A stretch of 43,361 nucleotides of DNA from Desulfobacterales bacterium. Its GTDB lineage: Bacteria > Desulfobacterota > Desulfobacteria > Desulfobacterales > JAHEIW01. The notes beneath the pieces were generated by a model. That model made no database searches, had not been told where the DNA came from, and saw only the letters and a program-made list of their open reading frames with translations. Shown here one piece after another: positions 18,422-27,498 of the stretch; position 1 is the first letter of the stretch; each line of letters begins with the position of its first letter. Location of the stretch: the NCBI GenBank assembly GCA_041559695.1, contig JBFFCW010000002.1, forward strand, positions 1-43,361, in the 5' to 3' direction. Made by a program: the position numbers and the translations under genes.

Positions 18422-19864
18422 ATGGAAATTTCATCACTGACAGTATTGTTTAGAGGCGTGATCGGTTGGAAAGCGGTGGTGGATATTGTCCTGATCGCTG
18501 CCGGATTGTTCTTTTTATATCACACCCTGCTTCGCTTAGGGACCTGGAGAATTGTGGCCGGCATCATGCTGGCCGCGTTCCTGTTTCTCATCGCCAATTT
18601 CCTGGACCTCAAAGGCCTGGAGTGGATTTTCGGCAACTTCAGCCAGGTGGCCGTCATCGCGCTGGTTGTGATTTTTCAACCGGAGCTCAGAAAAATATTC
18701 GAACGGGCCGCATCGGTCAGGCGATTTGAAATCCGTGATGCCGGGGCAGAACTGTCCCATATGATCATGGATTCCCTGATCAAACTGGCCGCGCAACGCC
18801 GCGGTGCGATTGTGGTCTTGCCCGGCAAGGAACCGATTCAGGAATGGCTCTCGGGCGGTTTCAAACTGGATGCCAAGCCCAGCATCCCGCTCATCATGAG
18901 CATTTTCGATCCAAACTCACCGGGACACGATGGCGCGCTGATCATTCAAAAGGGAAAATTTACACGTTTTGGTGTGCGTTTACCCGTCTCACAGAGCTCA
19001 AAACTTCCGGATGAATTCGGCACGCGCCATCATGCGGCCATGGGTTTGTCCGAAAAGTCGGATGCGCTTGCGATGGTCGTTTCCGAAGAACGGGGAAAAA
19101 TATCGATATTCGACAAGGGTAAGTTTCGGCAGCTTGATGACCCTGAAAAACTTGCGGACACCATCACTTCACACTGGAAACATACCTCATCGTATCCCTT
19201 CGAACTTCCTGAAGGAAGAAAACGATGGCTGGTGCTTTCACAAATGCTTATCAGCTTATGCCTGGCGGTTTTTTTCTGGTCGGCACTCATCATAGCCCAT
19301 GGAGAAATGCTGGAAAAGGTCGTGACGGTGCCGGTGGAATATACGGCCTCGCCAGCGGGTCTCATTTTGATCGGGGACAAGCAAAAAGAAGTCCGGATCC
19401 ATCTGGCCGGTTCGAAGGCAGATCTTGATTCAATCAATCCGGCAACGTTGAACATAAAATTAGACCTGTCCAATGCCTTGCCCGGAAAACAGGTTTTTCT
19501 GATTAGCGGGGAGAATCTGCGATTACCCAGGAACGTAAAGTTGCTGGACATGGTTCCCTCCAGCATGGAGCTCACCCTTGCGTCAATTGTGGAACAGGAA
19601 GTCACCATAAAGCCGCAGCTGGTTGGAAAACTTCCCGCCGGCCTGAAGATTATCAAAATAGAAGTGCTACCCCCACACGTAAAGGTCCTTTCTCCTGAAG
19701 CTGACGGAAAAAAACAGCTTGTTGATGTCATTACGACACCGGTTTATCTGGAAAGCATTTACAAAGACACCAGCCTCTATTGTAAAATCATCGCACCGCC
19801 GGCTGTTCAGCCGGTCGACAAGCGTTGGCCGGATGTCGAGGTGGTTATCAAGGTGGGGCGCTAG
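18422..19864 (+). CDS. cdaA: Diadenylate cyclase (CdaA/DacA-type DAC domain) fused to C-terminal TM segment plus YbbR-like (CdaR-type) repeats
   Basis: Three N-terminal TM helices. DAC motifs GHDGALII (DGA) and GTRHHAAMGLSE (RHR-type), then SEERGKIS. A further TM helix (LVLSQMLISLCLAVFFW) is followed by about two YbbR-like beta-repeats (VTVPVEY..., VTIKPQL...). Confidence 0.85.
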   Translation: MEISSLTVLFRGVIGWKAVVDIVLIAAGLFFLYHTLLRLGTWRIVAGIMLAAFLFLIANFLDLKGLEWIFGNFSQVAVIALVVIFQPELRKIFERAASVRRFEIRDAGAELSHMIMDSLIKLAAQRRGAIVVLPGKEPIQEWLSGGFKLDAKPSIPLIMSIFDPNSPGHDGALIIQKGKFTRFGVRLPVSQSSKLPDEFGTRHHAAMGLSEKSDALAMVVSEERGKISIFDKGKFRQLDDPEKLADTITSHWKHTSSYPFELPEGRKRWLVLSQMLISLCLAVFFWSALIIAHGEMLEKVVTVPVEYTASPAGLILIGDKQKEVRIHLAGSKADLDSINPATLNIKLDLSNALPGKQVFLISGENLRLPRNVKLLDMVPSSMELTLASIVEQEVTIKPQLVGKLPAGLKIIKIEVLPPHVKVLSPEADGKKQLVDVITTPVYLESIYKDTSLYCKIIAPPAVQPVDKRWPDVEVVIKVGR

Positions 19865-19994
19865 CAATGTTTTTGCGAAACATCTTCACAACCAAGCCGT
19901 GGATTATATTGTTTATCTGGGATTCGCAATATTATTTAAAAAATAATTAATTTAACAGCCTCATTATTCTTCAAATATTGACAGGGGAGATCTC

Positions 19995-21788
19995 ATGGAA
20001 AAGCGTCAAAAATTTTCCATCTGGTATGTGATTCTGGGGGTCTGGTTTGTTCTGCTTTTACAAAATTCTATCACTACCATGTTTGCGGTCAAAACCATAC
20101 CCTACAGCGAATTTTTAAAATTGTTGAAGGAAAATAAAGTTATCGAAGTCGCCATCACCGCCGATCAGATCCAGGGCAAACTCAAAGATGGTGCAGGCGG
20201 AAAAGAACAGATGTTCAGAACGGTAAGAGTCGACCCGGACACATCCAAACTTCTGGAGCAATATGAGGTCAATTTCAAAGGTGAAATCGAATCGCGATTT
20301 CTCCCTACTTTGCTGTCATGGGTCGTACCGGTATTTTTATTTTTCGGCCTCTGGTATTTTCTGATGAAGCGCATGGCCGGCCAGCAGCCGGGCTTTATGA
20401 GTCTGGGCAAAAACAAGGCCAAAATATACGTACAGGAAGAAATCGACGTGCGCTTTGAAGATGTGGCCGGTGTGGATGAAGCCAAACAGGAGCTGATGGA
20501 AGTGATTGAGTTCTTATCCGAGCCGGGCAAATTTACCGAGATCGGCGGCAAAATTCCCAAAGGCATTTTACTGGTGGGTCCACCGGGAACCGGCAAAACC
20601 ATGCTGGCCAAAGCTGTTGCCGGTGAAAGCGGCGTGCCTTTTTTCAGTATGAGCGGATCGGAATTTGTGGAGATGTTTGTGGGACTGGGCGCAGCCCGGG
20701 TCAGGGACCTGTTCGACCAGGCGAAACAAAAAGCCCCTTGTATCATTTTTATCGATGAGCTCGATGCGCTTGGAAAAGCGCGCGGTTTTGGCACGGTGGG
20801 CGGCCACGATGAGCGCGAGCAGACCCTCAACCAGCTGCTGGTGGAGATGGACGGTTTTGACCCCAATGTCGGCGTTATCTTGTTAGCAGCCACCAACCGG
20901 CCCGAAATACTGGATCCGGCGCTGCTGCGGCCGGGCCGCTTTGATCGAAATATTCTGGTAGATCGACCGGACAAAAAAGGTCGTGAAGAAATCCTGAAGG
21001 TTCATTTGAAAACCATCAAAGTCTCAAAAGATGTTGACCTGTCAGTCCTGGCCGGTATGACATCGGGTATGGTCGGCGCTGATCTGGCCAACCTGGTAAA
21101 CGAGGCGGCCCTCCTGGCGGTTCGCCGCAAAAAGAAAAAGGCCGGCATGGCGGAATTCGAAGAGGCGGTTGAACGGGTGATCGCCGGACTCGAAAAAAAG
21201 AACCGGTTGATCAATCCCAAAGAAAGAAAAATCGTTGCCTACCATGAAATGGGACATGCCATTGTCGCATTGTCGTTGCCCGGTACAGAGCCGGTTCAAA
21301 AAATATCGATCATCCCGCGCGGCATTGCCGCCTTAGGGTACACCATGCAAACCCCGACAGAAGATCGCTTTTTGATGAGCAAAACCGAATTGCTCAACAA
21401 GATTGCGACCCTGCTGGGCGGCCGTGCGGCCGAAGAAATCGTATTCGAAGATATTTCCACCGGCGCCCACAACGATCTGGCCCGGGCCACTGATATCGCC
21501 CGCAGCATGGTTAAAGAATACGGCATGAGCCCAAAAGTCGGCCAGGTTTATTTTGCCCGGGAAAAAAGAAATCAGTTTCTGAATATCCCGATGGAAGGTG
21601 CCGTCGAGTACAGTGAAGCCACCGCCGAAATCATTGATAGTGAAGTCAGAGATATTGTTAATCAACAATATGCAAAAGCACTTGAGATCCTTCGGCAAAA
21701 GCGGAAATTTCTTAACAAAGGCGCAGATTTGCTGCTTGAAAAAGAAAAAATTGAAGGAACGGAACTAAAGGCCCTTATGGATGAATAA
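19995..21788 (+). CDS. ftsH: ATP-dependent zinc metalloprotease FtsH
   Basis: Two TM segments, Walker [12 protein letters not shown] region [20 protein letters not shown] and zinc motif HEMGH. Confidence 0.95.
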   Translation: MEKRQKFSIWYVILGVWFVLLLQNSITTMFAVKTIPYSEFLKLLKENKVIEVAITADQIQGKLKDGAGGKEQMFRTVRVDPDTSKLLEQYEVNFKGEIESRFLPTLLSWVVPVFLFFGLWYFLMKRMAGQQPGFMSLGKNKAKIYVQEEIDVRFEDVAGVDEAKQELMEVIEFLSEPGKFTEIGGKIPKGILLVGPPGTGKTMLAKAVAGESGVPFFSMSGSEFVEMFVGLGAARVRDLFDQAKQKAPCIIFIDELDALGKARGFGTVGGHDEREQTLNQLLVEMDGFDPNVGVILLAATNRPEILDPALLRPGRFDRNILVDRPDKKGREEILKVHLKTIKVSKDVDLSVLAGMTSGMVGADLANLVNEAALLAVRRKKKKAGMAEFEEAVERVIAGLEKKNRLINPKERKIVAYHEMGHAIVALSLPGTEPVQKISIIPRGIAALGYTMQTPTEDRFLMSKTELLNKIATLLGGRAAEEIVFEDISTGAHNDLARATDIARSMVKEYGMSPKVGQVYFAREKRNQFLNIPMEGAVEYSEATAEIIDSEVRDIVNQQYAKALEILRQKRKFLNKGADLLLEKEKIEGTELKALMDE

Positions 21789-21833
21789 AACCTTGTTGCG
21801 GAGTGCACAGAACCGCGAGAAAGGAGATTGAAT

Positions 21834-22226
21834 ATGCCCGTAAGCGACAAAGAAAGAAGTCGACCGGCAGATAAAGAATTGGAAAACATCAAAAAAAAAT
21901 TGCTTGGGAGAAAAAGGCAACTGTGGGATGAAATCAGTGATGATATCGATGAAGATGTTCGCGAAGAATACCAGGAATTAATCCAGATGGCAAAAGACGG
22001 GGGAGACAGAGGAATAGCGGAGCTTAGAGAAAGCACTGCTTATTCTTTAATTCAGCTAAAAGTAGAGGAAATCGAAACAATAGAGGAAGCCCTTCAGAGA
22101 ATCGAAGCCGGAAAATATGGACGCTGCCAGGATTGCAGCCGCTGGATAAGGAGCGCCCGTCTTCAGGTTCAGCCATTTGCGGTTTGCTGCCGCGCCTGCC
22201 AGGAAAAACGTGAAAAACTAAAATGA
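21834..22226 (+). CDS. DksA/TraR-family C4 zinc-finger protein
   Basis: Coiled-coil N-part and C-terminal CQDC...x17...CCRAC. AAGGAG ribosome-binding site at 21821-21826. The track start is TTG 21828. Confidence 0.8.
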   Translation: MPVSDKERSRPADKELENIKKKLLGRKRQLWDEISDDIDEDVREEYQELIQMAKDGGDRGIAELRESTAYSLIQLKVEEIETIEEALQRIEAGKYGRCQDCSRWIRSARLQVQPFAVCCRACQEKREKLK

Positions 22227-22382
22227 ATATTGGCCAGTTCACATTCACAGGATTAAAAAAACCAAACAGGTTTTAAAGCCGTTGACCATGTAAAAATGCC
22301 ATACAAGTTCTTAAAATAGTTTAAAGACGCTATCGGGCACTCATAAGGCTTTGAACAGAGATTAATCAAACCAAGGTTTTTA

Positions 22383-23402
22383 ATGGGTACAATGTTTTTC
22401 ATCAGTTTTCTTACCTGGATTGGGATTTTATTCTGCATCTCCCAATCCGCCATGTTTTCTGGAATGAATTTGGCTCTTTTTAGCATCAGCCGACTTAGGT
22501 TGGAAGTAGAGGCCGACCTCGGAAATCTTGATGCTTCTAAAATTCTGAGTATGCGTAAAGATTCGAATTTTTTATTGACAACGGTTCTTTGGGGAAATGT
22601 AGGAATCAATGTTCTGCTGACGTTGCTTTCCAATTCGGTATTGGCCGGAGTTTCTGCTTTCTTCTTTTCCACCGTGATCATTACCATCATTGGCGAAATT
22701 ATGCCCCAGGCTTATTTTTCACGCCATGCGTTGCGTATGGCTTCGTTGCTGGCACCGGTGTTAAAATTTTATCAGATTCTGTTATATCCAGCTGCCAAGC
22801 CTACTGCCAAAATATTGGACGCCTGGCTGGGAGCAGAAGGCATCCAATACTTCCGTGAACACAGCCTCAGAGAAGTCATCAAAAAGCACATTGAGGCCGA
22901 TGTATCCGATGTGGATCGCCTCGAGGGTGTCGGTGCATTAAATTTTTTGGCCATTGATGATCTGATGGTCATAGAAGAGGGAGAAACCGTTGATCCGCGA
23001 AGTGTGATCAGGCTTCCTATCGAAAATAATATGCCTGTTTTCCCGAATTTTGCTCGTACAACCGCTGATCCGTTTTTGCAAAGCATTGAGGTTTCCGGTA
23101 AAAAATGGGTAATTATCATAGATTCTGAAGGAGAGCCTCATTTTGCTTTAGACTCTGACGGCTTTTTAAGGGATGTATTATTTGAAAATACAAAGATTGA
23201 ACCTTTCTGGTATTGTCACCGACCGATTGTTATAAAGGACATTCATTTACCATTGGGCAAGGTACTTTGGCGCCTGAAGTCGTATTCTCATCGTACGGGC
23301 GCAGATGCCATCGATCGCGACATCATTCTGGTTTGGGGGAAGAAAGAAAGGCGGGTAATAACCGGTGCAGATATTTTAGGCAGGTTGCTGGAGGGTGTTT
23401 AA
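22383..23402 (+). CDS. CNNM/DUF21-domain membrane protein with CBS-like C-terminal region (CorC/CNNM-type divalent-cation transport family)
   Basis: DUF21 pattern (SAMFSGMNLALFSISRLRLEVEA, four TM segments, GEIMPQ), then a CBS-pair-like tail. No CorC_HlyC domain recognised. Confidence 0.75.
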   Translation: MGTMFFISFLTWIGILFCISQSAMFSGMNLALFSISRLRLEVEADLGNLDASKILSMRKDSNFLLTTVLWGNVGINVLLTLLSNSVLAGVSAFFFSTVIITIIGEIMPQAYFSRHALRMASLLAPVLKFYQILLYPAAKPTAKILDAWLGAEGIQYFREHSLREVIKKHIEADVSDVDRLEGVGALNFLAIDDLMVIEEGETVDPRSVIRLPIENNMPVFPNFARTTADPFLQSIEVSGKKWVIIIDSEGEPHFALDSDGFLRDVLFENTKIEPFWYCHRPIVIKDIHLPLGKVLWRLKSYSHRTGADAIDRDIILVWGKKERRVITGADILGRLLEGV

Positions 23403-23431
23403 ACCTTTATTTTGGTTGGGGGATAGAAAAC

Positions 23432-24379
23432 ATGGTTAAAAGAACAAACAAAAGGATTGTCGTACCGATCGATGGTTCTGAGAATGCATTGAAATCTCTG
23501 GATTATATCAACCGTATTTTTGGACCGAAGCACAGTTTAAGTTTATCGCTAGTATATCTTGTGCCGAAGTTGCCGCTAATTCTTCTCGAAGAAAGCAGAA
23601 AAAGCCAAGAAACAGTGGATCAGTTGCGGGAAATCGAGAAAAGAAACAGCCAGATGGCTGAGCGCATATTGGCAGACGCCGAAGATCGGCTGATGCAAGT
23701 CGGATTTACCCAAAAAGCAGTCGAGGCGGTTTTGCGTAAAATAGAGGTGGGCGTTGCCCGCGATATTTGCAGTTGGGCCGAGAAAAACAAACAGGCGGAT
23801 GCAATCATCATCTCTTCACGCGGGCGCAGCCGATTGGAGGCTATTTTTACAGGTAAAATTGCAAATAAGGTGCTGGAATATGTAAAAGTGTGCCCGGTCT
23901 GGATGGTCAAGGGTAGGGTGAAAAGCAAGAATGTCCTGCTGACTGTTGACAATTCGGAAAATGCCATGCGGGCTGTGGATCATGCCGGTTTCCTTCTTTC
24001 GGGTACCGACGTAAACGTTACCGTATTTCATTCAAAACGGGATCTGAGGCGTTATGTGCCCGCTGAAGTGCTGGAAGAATTCCCGGGGGTTCAGAAATTC
24101 TGGCAAAAAAAAGCCGGAGATGTGGTGGCGCCTTACATGAAAAAGGCCCGCGCGATGCTCATTCGGGCCGGACTTGCTGAAAATCAAATTTCTGTGAAGA
24201 TGGTCGATGGCACCCGCAGTGCTGCCAGGGATATTTTAGAGGAAGCTGAGGAAAGCGCAATTGGAACGATCGTACTTGGTAAAAGAGGACATTCCAATGT
24301 CAAGGATTATTCCATGGGCAGCACCACCAAAAAGGTTCTGGATAGAGCCTCGGACATGGCCGTTTGTATTGTGCCTTAA
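23432..24379 (+). CDS. Tandem universal stress protein (two USP domains)
   Basis: KRIVVPIDGSENA...IIISSRGRSRL and VLLTVDNSENA...IVLGKRGHSNVKDYSMGSTT. ATG 23432 has a GGGGGA Shine-Dalgarno sequence; the track ORF from 23213 overlaps the previous gene and is probably too long. Confidence 0.85.
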   Translation: MVKRTNKRIVVPIDGSENALKSLDYINRIFGPKHSLSLSLVYLVPKLPLILLEESRKSQETVDQLREIEKRNSQMAERILADAEDRLMQVGFTQKAVEAVLRKIEVGVARDICSWAEKNKQADAIIISSRGRSRLEAIFTGKIANKVLEYVKVCPVWMVKGRVKSKNVLLTVDNSENAMRAVDHAGFLLSGTDVNVTVFHSKRDLRRYVPAEVLEEFPGVQKFWQKKAGDVVAPYMKKARAMLIRAGLAENQISVKMVDGTRSAARDILEEAEESAIGTIVLGKRGHSNVKDYSMGSTTKKVLDRASDMAVCIVP

Positions 24380-24520
24380 AATCGCGGCTGGAAGCCGCTT
24401 CCACCCTGCGGGTCGCTCCTTGTCAGTGTGAGAGCGGCTTTTAGCCGCGAAAATCCGAGAGCGCATCTGTCTTTTGCATACATTCATTTTGCAACTAATT
24501 TTTTTAAGTTAAGCGTTGCC

Positions 24521-25483
24521 ATGTTGACCTATATTCTTTTTGCCATCGGCTTCGTCTTTTTGATCAAAGGAGCGAACTTCCTGGTTGACGGCGCTGTTTC
24601 TGTTGCCAGACGCCTGAATGTATCCGACCTGGTTATTGGGTTGACGGTGGTTGCCTTTGGTACCTCGACCCCGGAATTGTTTGTCAACATCATTGCCAGT
24701 TTCAAGGGCAACAGCGACATTGCCATCGGCAATGTGCTGGGAAGTAACATCGCCAATGTATTTCTGATCCTGGGGATATCCTCGGTCATTTATCCGCTTG
24801 CTGTTACAAAGGGCACCGTCTGGAAAGAAATTCCGTTTAGCTTGCTGGCTGCCATTGTCCTGTTGTTTATGGCCAATGATCAGGTCCTCGATGGTGCCGG
24901 CGGATCCGCACTGACGAGAATTGATGGATTCATCTTTCTTTGCTTTTTTACAATTTTTATCTATTACACATGTTCCATCGCAGTGCGGGTTGAAGGGATG
25001 GAGCAGCATGTGCCGGCCAAACATAATGGCTGGCTGCGGTCATTGCTGTGTATTATTGCAGGGTTGGTCGGGTTAACCATCGGCGGGAAATGGATCGTAG
25101 CCGGCGCCATTGTCCTTGCCACAAAATTGGGGATGAGCGAATCGTTGATCGGATTAACCATCGTCGCTGTGGGGACGTCGTTGCCCGAATTGGCCACCTC
25201 GGCTGTGGCGGCTTATAAAAAAAATGTGGAAATTGCCGTGGGCAATGTTGTGGGGTCAAATATTTTCAACATCTTTTTCGTGCTCGGAATCAGCGCCACC
25301 ATTAAGCCGCTGCCGTTTCAAATGAAAAACAATGTCGATATCGGAGCGGTAATCCTTTCCAGTTTGATGTTGTTTTTCTTTATGTTTACCGGAAAAAAGC
25401 GGTCTTTAGATCGCTGGGAGGGAATCGTTTTTTTGATACTCTATTGCGGCTATGTCGCATTTCTCATTGTTAATGAATCCTAA
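24521..25483 (+). CDS. Ca2+/Na+ antiporter, CaCA (YrbG-like) family
   Basis: Two alpha-repeat signatures, GTSTPELFVN and GTSLPELATS, in about 10 TM segments. ATG 24521 is the likely start. Confidence 0.85.
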   Translation: MLTYILFAIGFVFLIKGANFLVDGAVSVARRLNVSDLVIGLTVVAFGTSTPELFVNIIASFKGNSDIAIGNVLGSNIANVFLILGISSVIYPLAVTKGTVWKEIPFSLLAAIVLLFMANDQVLDGAGGSALTRIDGFIFLCFFTIFIYYTCSIAVRVEGMEQHVPAKHNGWLRSLLCIIAGLVGLTIGGKWIVAGAIVLATKLGMSESLIGLTIVAVGTSLPELATSAVAAYKKNVEIAVGNVVGSNIFNIFFVLGISATIKPLPFQMKNNVDIGAVILSSLMLFFFMFTGKKRSLDRWEGIVFLILYCGYVAFLIVNES

Positions 25484-25524
25484 CGCCAAAAGCCTTTATT
25501 TTAGTGAAAATAAGGATGAAAAAA

Positions 25525-26052
25525 ATGAAAAAAGTCTTGCTTTTTTTGATCTGTTTGGCAGTCTTTTTGAGCCCCTGCCCATTATTTTCGAAAGAAAAGC
25601 CGATTCGATTCTCGGATATTCAGCCTGATCTGGAGTCCGCAATTGGTAAATTGTCTACCTATATTAACATACTTGAAGACATTCAAAGCAAGTTGGATGC
25701 ATCCGCCGGGGCCAATCAAAATTACAACGAACAAAAAAACCTTTTTCTTTCCTCTCAATTGGCGATCACAACCGTCACCGCAATCCTGGAGTATAATCGT
25801 GACTTGTTGATCCTTTTTGGTGATTTAAGGGAAAAGAACCGCAAAAAATTTTATGAAGTCAGAATTGAAAGCCTGGAAACCTCGATTAACCAGATCAACA
25901 ATATGCTTAAACAGATTCAGATTAACTACACGATTTTACCACCCGATTTTTTTGAGCAGGCACATGTAAGCACGGAGCGCAAAGTCATCATGTCCTCGAT
26001 AGCGTCATTGGAAGCCTGTGTTGAGCTTTTAAAATCCGTCAACCAAAAATAA
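25525..26052 (+). CDS. Hypothetical secreted/lipoprotein-like helical protein
   Basis: Signal peptide MKKVLLFLICLAVFLSPC. AGGA lies 8 nt upstream of ATG 25525. No recognisable family. Confidence 0.6.
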   Translation: MKKVLLFLICLAVFLSPCPLFSKEKPIRFSDIQPDLESAIGKLSTYINILEDIQSKLDASAGANQNYNEQKNLFLSSQLAITTVTAILEYNRDLLILFGDLREKNRKKFYEVRIESLETSINQINNMLKQIQINYTILPPDFFEQAHVSTERKVIMSSIASLEACVELLKSVNQK

Positions 26053-26086
26053 AAGCGATCCGTGACCGGCAAGGAGATGAAAAAAC

Positions 26087-27172
26087 ATGCAAAAAAAAAT
26101 GAGAAGAACCGCCAAATTTATCAAGAAGTCATCCAAAAAGGCCGGTATGTCCCCGGGGATCCCGGTACATGTCGGAGAACAGAAGATCGAGACTGCCAGG
26201 ATCACCCTGATGGGTTACGATCAGGCTCGTCTGGAAGAAAAGAAATTAAAACGCATTGAAGACGCTTTTGCCTTTAAAGACACGCCGCCGGTTAGCTGGA
26301 TCAACATCGACGGGCTTCATGAGGTCGAGTTGATTGAAAAAATCGGCACGCATTTCAACATTCACCCGCTGACTCAGGAAGATATCGTCAATACCGGTCA
26401 GCGGCCGAAGGTAGAAGATTTCGAAGAATACATTTATATTGTATTTAAGATGCTGAAGTTTGACGAAACGAACGGGCATATCACCTCCGAGCAGGTGAGT
26501 CTGATTGTGGGGCCCCATTATTTGTTATCCTTCCAGGAGACTGAAGGAGATGTCTTCCATTCTGTGCGCGAGCGTATCCGCAAGGGACGGGTTCATATTC
26601 GCAAATCTGGGCCCGATTATCTGGCATATGCCCTTATTGATGCCGTGGTTGACCACTATTTTTCAATCCTTGAAAAAATAGGTGATAGAATCGAGCACTT
26701 CGAGGAGCGGCTCCTTGGACAACCGACGCCGGAGATTCTACAGTCCACTTATGATCTGAAAAGAGAATTGATCTATTTCCGCAAGCAGGTTTGGCCGATC
26801 AGGGAGGTCCTGAGTACCTGGCAAAAGACAGAATCTGCTATTGTTCAGGAAGCCAATAAAGTTTTTATCCGTGATGTGTATGATCATACGATTCAGGTCA
26901 TCGATACGATCGAATCTTTTCGAGATATCATTTCGGGTCTGATGGATCTGTACCTGTCCACTGTGAGCAATAAAATGAATGAGGTCATGAAAGTGTTGAC
27001 CATCATGGCCACCATTTTCATACCGCTGACGTTCGTGGCCGGCATTTACGGGATGAATTTTAAATTTATGCCGGAGCTGGAGTGGAAATGGTCTTACCCC
27101 GTTCTGTGGATTTTGCTGATTGTCATTTTTTCCGGCATGATGTTTTATTTCAAACGAAAAAGGTGGTTGTAG
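26087..27172 (+). CDS. corA: Magnesium/cobalt transporter CorA
   Basis: C-terminal two TM segments with the YGMNF signature (AGIYGMNFKFMPE) and a long cytoplasmic N-domain. Confidence 0.9.
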   Translation: MQKKMRRTAKFIKKSSKKAGMSPGIPVHVGEQKIETARITLMGYDQARLEEKKLKRIEDAFAFKDTPPVSWINIDGLHEVELIEKIGTHFNIHPLTQEDIVNTGQRPKVEDFEEYIYIVFKMLKFDETNGHITSEQVSLIVGPHYLLSFQETEGDVFHSVRERIRKGRVHIRKSGPDYLAYALIDAVVDHYFSILEKIGDRIEHFEERLLGQPTPEILQSTYDLKRELIYFRKQVWPIREVLSTWQKTESAIVQEANKVFIRDVYDHTIQVIDTIESFRDIISGLMDLYLSTVSNKMNEVMKVLTIMATIFIPLTFVAGIYGMNFKFMPELEWKWSYPVLWILLIVIFSGMMFYFKRKRWL

Positions 27173-27201
27173 GGAAAGGATAAGATTTTGCAAACAGGCA
27201 G

Positions 27202-27229
27202 TTGACAGAGTTTGAATATCAAAGATAAT
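27202..27229 (+). promoter_or_regulatory. Sigma-70-type promoter (TTGACA-N16-GATAAT)
   Basis: Perfect -35 TTGACA (27202-27207), a 16-nt spacer and -10 GATAAT (27224-27229) in the corA/SLC13 intergenic region. Confidence 0.5.
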
Positions 27230-27235
27230 CCCGAA

Positions 27236-27371
27236 TAGTCATTATCTGGCGGGCGTTTCGAACTGCCGAATGACGAATTGACTCACCGCTGTATTGCAAT
27301 ATCCCTCTAAATAATCCTCCAGAATTGCCAGCGGAATTTCGGCCCGGGTTCTGGGCCGAAACCCTTTTTTT
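27236..27371 (+). ncRNA. Candidate structured RNA: either a ~135-nt sRNA or a 5' leader/attenuator of the SLC13 gene
   Basis: Predicted start lies about 7 nt after the -10. Hairpin P1 27238-27274 (gtcatt/aatgac plus ggcgg/ctgcc). Hairpin P2 27286-27334 (ccgctg..gcaat/attgc..cagcgg) with a C-rich loop atCCCUCuaaauaauCCUCCaga. An intrinsic terminator follows. Confidence 0.35.
27338..27371 (+). terminator. Rho-independent terminator
   Basis: Stem ttcggccc (27338-27345)/gggccgaa (27353-27360), then accc + TTTTTTT (27365-27371). Confidence 0.65.
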
Positions 27372-27498
27372 ACCGTTAAAAGGGGTTGCCCGATGTGTTT
27401 TGATGATTACTGTCCTTGTTTAAATATCTTCGCAACATGTTAACTAAAATTGCAACCGGTTTTCACTTTTCATATCTTAATGATAGGGGCCAGATATC

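Noticed and set aside
24384-24448. Two similar small hairpins, GCGGC-N5-GCCGC (24384-24398 and 24434-24448), between the tandem USP and CaCA genes
   Set aside because: The stems are short (5 bp) with no T-tract. They could be a weak terminator or REP-like element, but there is no support from repetition elsewhere in the window.
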